Source of the DNA: Macrostomum lignano | Taxonomy: Eukaryota | Reading direction: 5' to 3' | Assembly (NCBI GenBank): GCA_002269645.1 | Contig: NIVC01000202.1 | Coordinates: 671,131-735,130, forward strand | Length of the DNA: 64,000 nt | Part shown: in pieces, positions 1-12,161 of the stretch | Position numbering within the stretch: position 1 is the stretch's first letter | Layout of the letters: each line of letters begins with the position of its first letter | Translations under genes and position numbers: made by a program | Notes under the pieces: generated by a model | Seen by the model: only the letters and a program-made list of their open reading frames with translations | Told to the model about the DNA's origin: nothing | The model's database searches: none

Positions 1-3000
1 ATTGGCATCCTGCCATGACTGTTTAGCTCCGGAATCCGTTTTGTCAACAAACAAATATTCCAAGCAACCGGAACCGTCTGGCATCGGTATAGACAGCTCG
101 TTTGATTTGTCATCGGGCGATTTACAGACTGGTCTATCTCCGCCACCGCCGCTACTACTACCAGTAGTGTGACTAACTGGAGTTTTAGCAGGCGCTGTTG
201 TACCAACGGTACTGCTATTGTTAGAAGCTGCAGTGGGCGTCACAGTCGTAGTAGTCGATGCTATACTACTAGCAGTAGTAGTAGTGGAACTTGTCAAAGT
301 TGACGTAGTCAAAGGCAGGCCGGGAGTCTGACAGATGTATGGCAACGTTTTTGAGCAGACTTCCGTCATCCATTCGCCATATTTTCCACTGATAGAAACG
401 CACGCCTTAGTATTGAAAGGCATGCTAAGCGGTAGCTTGGGATAGCCGTGACGGAATTGGAAAAACTGGACTCCAGTGCCGCCATCTTCCGACCAGATCA
501 AATGCTGCTGGCCTTCCACAAACGAAACGGTCATGCCTAGCCAAGCTTCATCTGATGGTGAAAGATTCTTAAGCTTCTTACTGATAACCAGCTGCTCCTG
601 GCGGCTGTGCACGCTGGCTAGACTGCCACCGACTTTGGCGCAGGCGGCATCCGCGTCAGTCCAGTTGGCATTAGTATTATACAGTTTATAGCATTTTCCG
701 TTAACTGCCGGTTCCTCACCGTCTGGACAGCGCAAATTCTGGCTCTTGTTAGGCGAAAACGGATGATCAACCAGATTGTAGCGGCACGCCATCAAAGGGT
801 CCGTGTCGTTGCATAGCCGGGCCTCCAGACTGTTGGACTGCAGGTTCAATGCTGTGCACAGGTAGCGCTGAGTGTCCGAATTCTGGTAGTGAGAAATATG
901 AGGTTAAATAATAAGTATGTGCTACCAGCGTAGAAGCAGATAACGGAGACCTGATGGAGCAGAAAGTTTTTCGAGATGCTGGAGAAAAAATGACAGAGCA
1001 GCACTCAGGGATGCTGGAAACCGAAGATTAAAAAAACTAGTATTGAAAGCAGATGATGGAGTAATAAAAATAAAATCTCGGATTCTAGAAGCAGATGATG
1101 GAGCAGAAAATCTGTGATGGTGGAAACAGATGATGAGCAGGAAATCTGGGATGCTGGAAACAGATTATGGAGCAGGAACTCTGGGATGCTGGAAGCAGAT
1201 GATGGAGCAGGAAATCTGGGATTCCGGAAGCAGATGATGGAGCTGAAGTCAGAAAGCATGCTGCGTACCAGTAGCACAAAAAACAAACATTTTCAACAAA
1301 TAATAACAATACAAATAAAAATAAAAATGACCAACCTTTAGCTGAGTGGGCAGAATCTTAAACACAAAATCATAGTCAGCCGAGCTGCCATCGTCCCAGG
1401 TGAGCAGCCAGCCGTGTTTGCTTTCGTCTGGCTCAACGTTGAGCCCCAGCCAGACAGCCGGGCCGTTTGTCAAGTTGACGCCAAGCTGATCGGCCAGAGC
1501 AGATAGGAAGGCCTGCTCACCTCGATGGTGGAACAGGGCCAAGCTGGCGTTCTGGTTGGCGCACTCGGCGGCCATGTCCGAGCGGTTGCCATTGGTCCCG
1601 GCAGCCAGAGTCCAGCAGATGTCGCCGTAGGCATAGAAACCCGGACGGCAGCGGCTGGCGGGACTACTGTGAAGGATGCCGATAGGCGATGGCACATGGC
1701 TTGTGTTAAGCTTGCTAGGCGGCGCCTGGCACAGGGCGGAGAAGAATCTGTCTGTGCAGGGTACGTTGTTCCACTCGCCTGGAATTATAATGATAGTAAT
1801 GTTTATTAGATCGTATAGTCTTATTGCAATATTTACCATGGAATTTTAGCCAAATTCTATAGCTTTTCTGACATCTCTAGGGAAGGTGAAACCACAGTTG
1901 CTATGCAGAACTAAGCTACCTGTATCTCTATGGAAGGTGAAACCACAGTTGCTATGCAGAACTAAGCTACCTGTATCTCTATGGAAGGTGAAACCACAGT
2001 TGCTATGCAGAACTAAGCTACCTGTATCTCTATGGAAGGTGAAACCACAGTTGCTATGCAGAACTAAGCTACCTGTATCGCTATGGAAGGTGAAACCACA
2101 GTTGCTATGCAGAACTAAGCTACCTGTATCTCTATGGAATGTGAAACCACAGTTGCTATGCAGAACTAAGCTACCTGTATCTATCTCTATGGAAGGTGAA
2201 ACCACAGTTGCTATGCAGAACTAAGCTACCTGTATCTCTATGGAAGGTGAAACCACAGTTGCTATGCAGAACTAAGCTACCTGTATCGCTATGGAAGGTG
2301 AAACCACAGTTGCTATGCAGAACTAAGCTACCTGTATCTCTATGGAATGTGAAACCACAGTTGCTATGCAGAACTAAGCTACCTGTATCTATCTCTATGG
2401 AAGGTGAAACCACAGTTGCTATGCAGAACTAAGCTACCTGTATCGCTATGGAAGGTGAAACCACAGTTGCTATGCAGAACTAAGCTACCTGTATCTCTAT
2501 GGAAGGTGAAACCACAGTTGCTATGCAGAACTAAGCTACCTGTATCTCTATGGAAGGTGAAACCACAGTTGCTATGCAGAACTAAGCTACCTGTATCGCT
2601 ATGGAAGGTGAAACCACAGTTGCTATGCAGAACTAAGCTACCTGTATCGCTATGGAAGGTGAAACCACAGTTGCTATGCAGAACTAAGCTACCTGTATCT
2701 CTATGGAATGTGAAACCACAGTTGCTATGCAGAACTAAGCTACCTGTATCTCTTTAGAAGGTGAAACGCGGCGCATCTGAAGGCTGCGTACGGCTGTTCA
2801 GTCCAAGGACTGGGGGGGGGGGTCGCCACACAGCCTCAATTACCCCAGCTAATGCTGGCACCCATTTTACAGCTGGGTGAACTAAAGCAATGCATAGCAA
2901 TGCAACTAAGCAATGCATAGAGTGTCTTGCTTAAGGACACAAACTGTTCCAGTGGAATCGGGAAACGAACCCCCGACCTTCAAGTCGTAAGTCCGACCGC

Positions 3001-4115
3001 TCTGACCACTAGGCTACAACCTCCTTTGTATCTGTATGGAAGGTGAAGCCGCAGTTGCTATGCAAAATTAAGCTACTTGCGTCTCTAAAGTGCAACCGCA
3101 ATTGCTTTGCAGAGATTTTACATTACAACCAGCTAGGCTCACCTAAGCTAACCTCCCGCTGATGCGCCACAACGCAGGACTCTGTCTTAAACGGCGTAGA
3201 CGGTTCGCCCAGTTTCCAATCGCTGTGCCGCATATCGCCGGTGCCGTTGACCTGCCAGGCCCAGTACTTATCGGGCATGTACTCCAAGCTGATCCAGGCG
3301 TGTCCATGAGCCGTCGATCCGATTAGGGCCGTGGCTAGGAATTGCGTATTAAAATCGTTAATAACAGCTAAACTAGCCTCGGCCGACCAGTTCCTGCAGG
3401 CTTGAACAGCCAAGTCCCTATCGAATTTATCAGCTGGGGAACTTTTTGGCGAATTCAGCACCCGGTAGCAGAGGCCGCGATGCAGAGTGGCGTTGGCGCC
3501 GTCGCATCGAAGCTTCGAATCGAACTGCACCGAGTCTCTATAGGGCGACTGGATCGGCTGTCTAGCGCACAGGGCCGCCGAACTGTTAGTGGAACCATCG
3601 ATGAAGTTCAGTTTCAGAATCGAGTTGTCAATCAGTTTCAAGGCGCCGTGACGACCGCTGTAGCGAGACAGTACGGGAGTTGCGCCAGGCAGCTTGGACA
3701 TGGAAAAGTCGGTGTAGTTAGCGTCCAGCCACTCCAGGCTGACCAGATCAGTGACGCGAGCCCCAGTCCAGTAGCTAGCTGAGAGCTCAGTAGTAGTGGC
3801 ATTGGTCTCATTGCGACTGCTCAGCAATGCGCTAAGCAACAATTCATTGAACTGCTGATTGCGCAAGAAGATCAATCTGCTATTGTTGCCAAGGGATAGG
3901 CAGTACTGGCGAGCCTGGCTAATGTTGAGCGGAGCCTGGCCAATCAGAATGCAGTCAGTCTGGCCAACAGGCAGCCAGCCGTCCTGGCAGCTTGGCCGGG
4001 ACTCGGCAATTTGTACCAGCTGGCAAGCGATTAAAACGGTTAATAGGGCCAGCAGGCTGATGGCGCCTCGGGGAGTCTGGGGAGCAAGGCAGAGATGCTG
4101 AATAGACAGAGTCAT
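1..4115 (-). CDS. Multi-C-type-lectin-domain protein (mannose-receptor-like), 3' partial
   Basis: Exons 4115-3143, 1778-1336 and 882-<1, with GT-AG boundaries and matching phases (1, 0). Signal peptide (ISLLALLTVLIACQLVQIAES). Four complete CTLDs (e.g. CYKLYNTNANWTDADAAC...AWLG...GEWMTEVC...PYIC; the exon 1/2 splice restores the WNNVPC motif), a Thr/Ser-rich linker, and the start of a fifth CTLD at the window edge. Confidence 0.9.
965..1260. repeat. Degenerate ~40-bp tandem repeat in lectin intron 2
   Basis: Recurrent GCAGATGATGGAGCAG(G)AAATCTGGGATGCTGGAA units. Confidence 0.65.
1872..2767. repeat. 51-bp minisatellite, ~17 copies (lectin intron 1)
   Basis: Unit GGAAGGTGAAACCACAGTTGCTATGCAGAACTAAGCTACCTGTATCTCTAT (starts at 1881 and 1932). 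It gives the 17-aa repeat ORFs. A degenerate copy continues at ~3025-3110, beyond the SINE. Confidence 0.95.
2768..3021 (-). mobile_element. tRNA-derived CORE-SINE copy 1 (3'-truncated)
   Basis: Minus strand shows a tRNA-like head (TAGCCTAGTGGTCAGAGCG...GGTTCGTTTCC), then a CORE-like segment; near-identical to five other copies in the window. Confidence 0.85.
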
Positions 4116-4261
4116 TGTAGCGACAAATTAATCACAGTTTAATAGGGGCTCAAATCAGTTTATTTAGGCAAGATCTTCGTCATCGAATAGGTCACCAAAA
4201 TCTGCAATGGGATAGCGGGAGAGTGTAAGCGGATTAGCTCGATGAAAACGCTACTTAGGCC

Positions 4262-4571
4262 AATAAATAATATAATAATAACTGATTACACCTGCTCTAA
4301 CGGGCAGATGTGCAACCGACAGCTCAACCGCAGCTATTGCGCGGCGCATCTGAAGGCTGCGTACGGCTGTTCAGTCCAAGGACTGGGGGGGGGGGGTCGC
4401 TACACACCCTCAGTTACCACAGCTAATGCTGGCACCAATTTTACAGCTGGGTGAACTGAAGCAATTCAGAGTTAAGTGTCTTGCTTAAGGACACAAATTG
4501 TTCCAGTGGGTTCGGGAATCGAACCCCCCGACCTTCAAGTCGTGAGTCTGACGCTCTAACCACTGGGCTAG
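4262..4571 (-). mobile_element. CORE-SINE copy 2 (with TTA-rich tail)
   Basis: A box TAGCCCAGTGG, B box GGTTCGATTCC, CORE-like body, 3' hairpin CTGCCCGTTAGAGCAG and (TAT)n tail; possible TAGGCCA TSD. Confidence 0.85.
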
Positions 4572-7500
4572 GCCAGGAAGCGTCCCAGAGTCGCTTGTGC
4601 AGCCCTAGAGTCGTTGCAGGTAGCACAGGTAAAATAAGAAGTAAGTGAATCTAGCTAGACGACTCTTAAACGACGAGATGTCTCGTACAAGTCACCAAAA
4701 AGTCGTCAAAGAATCGCCTCAAAGTCTTATTTTGAGTCCTTTTATTGTCTGCGTCTCTAGGGCGACGCAAGTGACCCTGGGTGCTTCTATAATGATTAAC
4801 ATGTAAAGTGTAGCTACATCTTTAGCGACTCTTACGATCCTACAATTCTCAGTCACTTGAGTCGTTAAAAAGTCACACAAGGGTCGCCACAAAATTGCTA
4901 GAATTACTAGAAGTCATTTGGAATGGCTCCTTAGCAATACTTGTCACCGTGTCACGGTAACGTTTTCTTAAACGGGTTGTGCACAAAAATTGGCCCAGGG
5001 GGCGTAAACGCTCACACGTGTACACCCTGTGTGAGCATTTACGTGCTCAGGGGTCAGCAGAATGGGCATGACTACAAAGAAACAGATTCACTAGCACTAA
5101 ATTAATCGAAGCTGTGAAGCGAACATGTTCTTTCACAAAACGAATTGCAGAGTAAAATAAATAACTAGTTCGCAAAGCAGTTACCGTTGTTAAAGTCGGA
5201 GTGCACAATTTTCTCGCTGCTGGGATAATCAAAGGCCAGGTTGCCACTGCGGCCGTCGCTTACCTGAAGTGATTTTATTAAATTATAATTGATAATTAAT
5301 AAAAAGCAACATCTGTAAAGATAAGAAGGCCATATCATATGATAAACACTAATAACTAGACATCTGGACTGCACATCAGTGTCTAATTAATTAATTTCAG
5401 AGAACTTATAAAATCAAATGGCATTGCATTATATTTAGCTAAAGAAATATCTAAAACACAAGCGAAATCTAATTGACTAATCAACAAACCATTCCTAAAG
5501 GACTTTATAACTTTGATAATATCCCAATTTTTATATAAAATAACTTCTATTATTTTAGTGATTATGATATTTTCTCTCTATCAACACCATTCATTTCTTT
5601 CCACATGTCTTAAATCTACATGCTAAAAATTTTTTTTTCTACTTTTTCCATATTTACTGCAATGCCATAAGCAAGACTTTAATACTAATTTGGCTATGTG
5701 AATGATATTTTAATAGATATTTTGACATTGTAGGTCTAAAAAATAAATATGTCATGATAATTATAACCATAAGATTAAATTCCTATTTTTTTACTTTTCT
5801 AAGAGTTTATAGATTATAAAATAAAAAATTGCATCTTTAGCCTAGTAAAAAACCTAAAAGCCCAGGCTGGAATGTTTGCTTCAGACTTTAGACTTTACAC
5901 TACAAAATCTTGTATTGAAAAAATAGATTACATAAAACATTTTTAATTATTTATGTTTAAACAGTTTTGACTAATCTTATTTATTGCATAGGATGCACTT
6001 ATAATATAATGATAAATCATAAATTTATTAGATATACAATTAGTTTCATATTAAAAAATTTTGGTATTTAAATTTTTTATCAATTGTTATGAATAGTTAT
6101 GTTATAATGGAATAACTTGCATATTATTTTTATGATTTATATTTGGCTTATACAAGCATACTATGTAGAAGCATAGCTAAGGGCAAATATAAATGCTAGC
6201 ATAAATTAAACCTTATAAAAAATTACAGTTCTGTCATAGCTATGGATTTGATATAGGAAGTTATAGATACATTGATTTTGGCCTCCAAGTTATGGATATG
6301 GATATTTTTCCCATATCCTATTCAGAACCTAGTTTTGTAACTGAAACAAAAATGTTAGTATATTTACATGCATTATAGATAAAAATGTAGCAACTCCCTT
6401 GCATGCATTTTCATTTGATTATATCATATAATCATATCATATATAATGTTATGACTATATAAATATTTGTAGTTTGAAAATATTTGGAATCATCATCTAG
6501 AATATATATATCCCCTCACCTATGCAACCATGGTAGCTATCTATGAGACTGATTTCTTGGGACTTATAATAGGCATCTAGTTCTATGATTGTTGACAATT
6601 TGACTAGGATCTGCTACTAGGCTATAACCCATACATGTACAATACCTAGCTAAGCCAGCTAATCTAGCCATCTAATAAAAGGCCTAGCCAAGATAAGTCA
6701 CAAAAATTCCCATCAAAAATAGTACTGAAGATAATAAAATATTTAGCCCTGATAATAGGCCTACATTTGACTCATAGTTACTACTTCCATTTACTCACAA
6801 TTATGATCATTTTTGCTTAGGTGTCTTTCATAGGTAAGTCAAAAAGAAAGTTGCTTACATCAGTGCCAGTGTAAATCAGGGACAGGGGGTTATGCAGGTA
6901 GGTGGCATGTATGCTAAAGGTTATAACCTACAATTACAAACTGATTATAAATTAGGCCTTTAGGTTTAATGATTAGAAGAAAAAAAGCAACAAAACACAC
7001 TAGTTTAAGCAATCTGAACAAATATTTTACCTCAGCTGTGTTGTCAATTTCACCCATTGGATCATCAGGAAACATTTCATCAGTAGGCTTGTTAGACATT
7101 ATATAATGTTAGACTATACAATGATTATTATTAATTCATTTGATAGTTAAGTGTATTGTAGCCAGGTATTAATTAGCATAGAAAAGTTTATTTGAAAGTA
7201 TCAGCCAATTCAAAATATTGAATTGTTGTAAGTGTGCAATGCTGCCAATGGTAAAATAGTACTCAACCCAATATTATACCAAAACAATAGCAAGAGAAAT
7301 GAAAAATCTGGTGATACAAATTACGACTTGAATAAGAAAGTACGACCCAGCGGCGATGAACAATTACGTGTAAACGATACATACACGAACACAGTGGTGG
7401 TCAACAGGTTTAACTACTTGATTTGAAATTTCAGAGAAGGTAGTTCTAATGATGGTTAGATCTAACTTAGAGTTTTTTGTTGAGAAGCAAAACAGAATTT

Positions 7501-7975
7501 TTTTGTCAAATTTTACTCCTATACATTAAGACACTGCAGGTATAATTTTTTAACTACGAACGTACTAGAATTTTGTTAGAATTATATTTGAAACGAAACT
7601 CAAGAGCGTAAACAGCCACAATTTCAGTTTTCTAATGTTAAACACAATAAAAGTCATATTGATATACATGTAGATTATGATAAATTTGCATAAAAATGCC
7701 TTCTTTCGCATAAAAAATGCGTGCATATACGTAGTATAAACAAGGACGACTTTAAGTGCATTCTCGAGAATATTCTCACTCGAGCTTTTCATTCTCAGAA
7801 TTTTTGGATCGAGAATCAGGTCGTAAGCAGTAGTTAGCTATGAAATATGATTCCAATTCGTGGAGCTATCTGCTTTTTTGAGAAACCAAAAGCAGAGCTT
7901 CAATTTGACTCTTTGCTCAAAAAAGGGCAACAGCCTTCACTCTCCCATATACATGTATTTTTTTAACTCAATCCA

Positions 7976-8114
7976 CAGCAATCCGACGTCGGCAACGTCG
8001 GCAACGTCGGCCGACGTTCTCAACGTCTATCGATACGTCGGCTGAACGTCGGTGTAATTTAAAAGTACATATTTGTCAGCGACATCGATAGGCGTCTTGG
8101 ACGTCGGATTTCTG
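7976..8114. mobile_element. Possible small MITE remnant
   Basis: Imperfect 15-bp inverted repeats CAGCAATCCGACGTC / GACGTCGGATTTCTG enclosing many (C)GACGTCGG/AACGTCGG motifs; no clear TSD. Confidence 0.35.
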
Positions 8115-9230
8115 CACAGGGAATAATGTGAACCAATATTATAGAACTAGAGAGGCGTTTTTTGTCGTCGAATTTAAGCTGTTTTTTTAATGAACCCTAG
8201 AAATGATATATATATACTGGTAAATAAATAGCAAAAAAATCCGCCAAAAAGTTGTGAGTTCAAAAATAATAATATGCAGCATCCACTAAGCTGCTCACAT
8301 GGAGACCACACGTACCGCCGACAGAATCCGGGACGCCGGCGTTAAATAGTTATCGGGCAGTCGATAAAGTATAATATGCGATGTGTGGTGTTACATATAA
8401 ATGGATATATAATCGCATTTGAATTATGAGGTTTAAGAGTTACATGCGTGTATTGGACTGGTCCCTAATCCGTTTGAAATTCTATCTAATGAATTGATAT
8501 ACGAATGATACGAGCGTAGTTACGAGCTACATAATTTATTACCAAACAGGTAGGTGTTAGCTTTGTTATTTTTATCTTTCCTCTACCTTCACCTGTCATT
8601 TTTCCATAGTACAGTAGCAGATACAGAAACTACACGTAAGAGCTATGGGTGAGCAGGCCAAAACTGATAAAATATTAGCCTGCAAGTTAAAAAATTTGCG
8701 ACCTTGAAATAATTGATGCAAATGGGATTATAAATGGAATTAGCAAACATCTTAGAGTATAAATAGAGTTAAGTGGGAAAATAAATGAAGCAATTAGATG
8801 CGATTATCGTCCACTTGGTCAAATATTACATATGTATAGCAATCCAATCCACGGTGTCTTTCGGGCCACTAACTAGCGACAAACCATATCAAGCATGAAA
8901 TCATGCAAACACAAAGATATATAACTAGAAGCGCCTCTAGAGAGTGTCCTCGAAGGTGGAGTGATGGAGTAATTGAGTTGCCTTTCTCACATGACATCAC
9001 AACTGGTCCAAATCGAAGATCAGCTTCAGCGTTAAATATAATTTGTCTAAATGAAGATGGGAAGAGTTGAGTCAAAAATCAATTATTGACTTTGACAAAA
9101 TATCAGGTTTCGGAGGCTATTTAATGAAAGTTAAATGTCTTGCCCGTGCCAAACATCACCGCCCCCTTGTTTCTTAGTCGCTAGCGTTTCTTTGACAGCT
9201 ATTTCTAGTCTATATTAGAACAAGCGCCAA

Positions 9231-10875
9231 ATGTTGCGTCTTGAAATCAAAGTCTTCTTCTGCATTGCTGTGGTCTTACTCAGTTATCTACCGCCGTCTT
9301 TTGAAGAAGAAACTGGTAAGACGTAGCCGAAAACTTAGATATGAGTAGTTATAATTTAATCATAATTTACGAGCAAAGAACTCACTTACACATGAAAAGC
9401 AGAATTGCATAGAATTCTTCAAGAGCGTCAGAGAGTTTGTTTTTGTTTTGTTGTATTTAGTGACTCAAAAAATGAATATCTGTCAGAATCTTTAAGCAAC
9501 AGAAATAATTGTCACGCTTTACATTACTGAAATGATGTCCGATGCAGTACTAAAAGTGCAGTTAAAATTATGGCCCTATGTACCAATCTTGCCAGATGAG
9601 CAGGTCTATGAGCTGATCTCAGCAGCCGATTCGTGCACGGTGGACGCGTCTACTCGAATTTCAACAAAGTTTGCTGCTCAGTGCGCGCATTTGGCCAAGC
9701 AAGAGTCCAGCTGTAGATCCTTCAGCTTCTCGGACATCGATGGCGGAACTTGCATTCTGTCCGAGAGTCCGGGCTGCGTGGCGCCCTCAGCTAACAGGCT
9801 GTTTAGAAAGAAGGTGATAGGTAAGCTTGATTCAGTTTGCATGAAGTCTTTTATGGTGACGGTCTGACCATTGTCAGGCATTTACACTGTCTCGGGGGGT
9901 GGCCCTCATGGACGAGAGCATTGCACAAGCCCCAAGCATCTTTTCATGCACGTGCCCCAGATTAATGTGGCCGGGCAACGGAGTTGAACCGGGGTTCGCG
10001 AGAGTCGGACGCGTTAACCGCTGAGCTGCTCTGATCCCTGGGAGACATAAAAAACTTTGTAAATGAGCTATCATCCAGGAACTTTTCTTTATCGGAATCC
10101 TCATCATTCATCTTTGCTCTCTTCAGCCTGCGGTTTGCACGACCTCAGTGACTATCCGGGATACGAGTTTCAGATTGGCACTCGCTGCTTCTGGGTATCC
10201 CAGCAGCGACTGAATGGAGACGTCAGCTTCGATAGGAACTGGGCGCAATACGAGTCCGGATTTGGAGATTCTAAAAGCTTCTGGAGTGGTGGGTTGCGCG
10301 TTTGCACTGCGTAGTAGCTAGGCTTGTAAACTAACAAGCATGAGAGAAGTTCGATTTTTTAAATAAATAAAAAAGATCTTAGCAATTAAATAATTTGTTT
10401 AAACCTTATCTGCGCACAAGGTCTGCAAGCTCTGCACAGCATTACGAGTACATGCGATTCGGGCGTCACTCTCCGCATTGAGATGACAATTTTGAATGGA
10501 TCAACTTTCGTTGCTGAATGGTCCAATTTTGTTGTCGAAGATGCTGCTAAAAAGTACAGAATGACCTACGGAGAAATGATTGCCGGAGGCGGCACCAATG
10601 TCAGCGGGGACTGCTTGGCCTTCCACAGAGGCATGAAATTTTCTACCGTGGACAGAGACAACGACAGAAGCGGGATCAACTGCGCTTATAAGTGGGGCCG
10701 TGGTGGCGGATTTTGGTACAACAGATGCGTCTCGTTCAGCCCGAACTCACTCTACTCAACCGAAGACATGAACAATGCAAAGTACATCTCTTGTGCCTAC
10801 GTTGCGTCCGGACAGTCAGAAAACAGATATAACACGCTGCGAGAGATTCGAATGATGCTTCAGCTGAGTCCATGA
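9231..10875 (+). CDS. Secreted PAN/apple + fibrinogen-related domain protein (FReD), 308 aa
   Basis: Exons 9231-9315, 9596-9820, 10127-10288 and 10421-10875, all introns phase 1 GT-AG. Signal peptide MLRLEIKVFFCIAVVLLSY. PAN-like Cys pattern (CAHLAKQESSCRSFSF...CILS). FReD motifs QQRLNGDVSFDRNWAQYESGFGD..FWSG, FSTVDRDND...NCA, GGFWYNRC. Confidence 0.9.
9865..10038 (-). mobile_element. Second tRNA-headed SINE-like element (FReD intron 2)
   Basis: Minus strand GGGATCAGAGCAGCTCAGCGGTTAACGCGTCCGACTCTCGCGAACCCCGGTTCAACTCC has A- and B-box-like motifs but no complete cloverleaf. The body differs from the CORE-SINE; the 3' end is uncertain. Confidence 0.55.
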
Positions 10876-11781
10876 AATCGAACTCACATACAGGTTGTTA
10901 ACATATTCGGTTCGAACCTATACTCAACCTTCGTGAGGTGAAAGAGAAAATAAATTTACTAAAACTCGTCGAAGAACTTATACCGCCGAGTAAACCAACA
11001 GCAATTCCACAAAACCTCATTTTCTCTTTTTAAATGAGCTTTCTACTTTTTGCCACGATTCAGCTCGTTTCCAGTGATGTGTTACGAGCATTAAGTTGTC
11101 CTTGACTTTTCGAATATACACCCTGTGATATAAACGCTATAAACCAAAGTTGTCAAGCTCCCTATTCTATAGCTGTGGGGGAAAACTGAGCCACAAATTT
11201 GCTAAAAAAACGTTTCTATGCCAAAATACACCGCTAGCTGACAATTGTCAAAGTTTAGTAGCCCTCGGGACTACTGAAGTTATTAATGAAGTTAGCCTGA
11301 GTTATTTAAGTGAAAAGAATAACCGAGTTGCCTGTTAAGCATGTGCGCAGTGGGCCGACAGCCATGCATGGTGCTTAACTCGCGTAGCTGCTATGCACCA
11401 GGTTGCGTCTCTAATACGAGTATACATCTCAGTTCTCCACCGACTAGCGATGGAGTGACAGATCAGTTTACACCATCCCCCCAGCCATGATGTGTCTACC
11501 GTTAAAAAGCACAAGCTCAAATTCTGCCGTCTGAATTTTTAGGGGACACCGCCTAAGTACCTGGAGACAGAGTAAAGCTCTTATTGAAGCTTTCAGTTTT
11601 GCGATTAACGCAGCACCATGCGGTGAATTATAAATCAACACAACAAAAAACAGAAGATGTGCGTCAAAGCTACTGAACTTTGACCGATGGTCGAGGATTT
11701 TTAATAAAACTCACAAAATCTATGGCCCTTTGACTTGCGATCGCATCGAGAAACATCTTTGGATTATATAATCTTTATTTA

Positions 11782-11999
11782 CACCAAGGAGTTCTATAAG
11801 TAGCAATCTGGAGTGGAAGCGAGTTTTACCTCATGAGGCCACGCCTATTGTAAAGATAAGGAACCAGCACTGAATGTCTATATGTCTCTGTCTGACTCTG
11901 TCTATGGTAGTCTGGCCTCATGAGGTAAAACTGAAAAACTCGTTTCCACCTGAAAAACTCGTTTCCACTCCAGGTTGCTAATTATAGAACTCCTTGATG
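11782..11999. mobile_element. MITE with long TIRs and TA TSD (Tc1/mariner-type)
   Basis: TA|CACCAAGGAGTTCTATAAGTAGCAATCTGGAGTGGAAGCGAGTTTTACCTCATGAGGCCA ... TGGCCTCATGAGGTAAAACT(dup)CGTTTCCACTCCAGGTTGCTAATTATAGAACTCCTTGATG|TA; ~60-bp TIRs. Confidence 0.75.
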
Positions 12000-12161
12000 T
12001 ACACCTATGAAGCTGTTCGTCTATGGTACGTGTATTTGACTTTTTGTGTGCCCGTGTCGGAGTAAAGCAAAGTTTTTATCGGTCCTTGGGTTCAATTAAC
12101 TTATTTTTTTCGTTGTTGCTATATCACAAGAAGGGTATAAAACATACAAAAACTTATAAAA

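Noticed and set aside
1872-2767. CRISPR-like regular array (also 24553-25095, 28565-29605, 44333-45355)
   Set aside because: Units are head-to-tail with no unique spacers, there are no cas genes, and the context is eukaryotic.
1872-2767. Each 51-mer on the lectin sense strand reads as acceptor-AGATACAG-donor (8-nt pseudo-microexon)
   Set aside because: Weak donor (GTAGCT), frameshifting length and no supporting evidence; likely chance.
2950-3021. tRNA genes at SINE heads
   Set aside because: No closed acceptor stem, variable anticodon region, and each is fused to the same CORE body, so these are SINE heads rather than tRNAs.
5165-7426. Short ORFs with scattered splice-like signals in the AT-rich intergenic region
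   Set aside because: I could not assemble a phase-consistent open model or recognise a domain; a lncRNA or TE remnant cannot be excluded.
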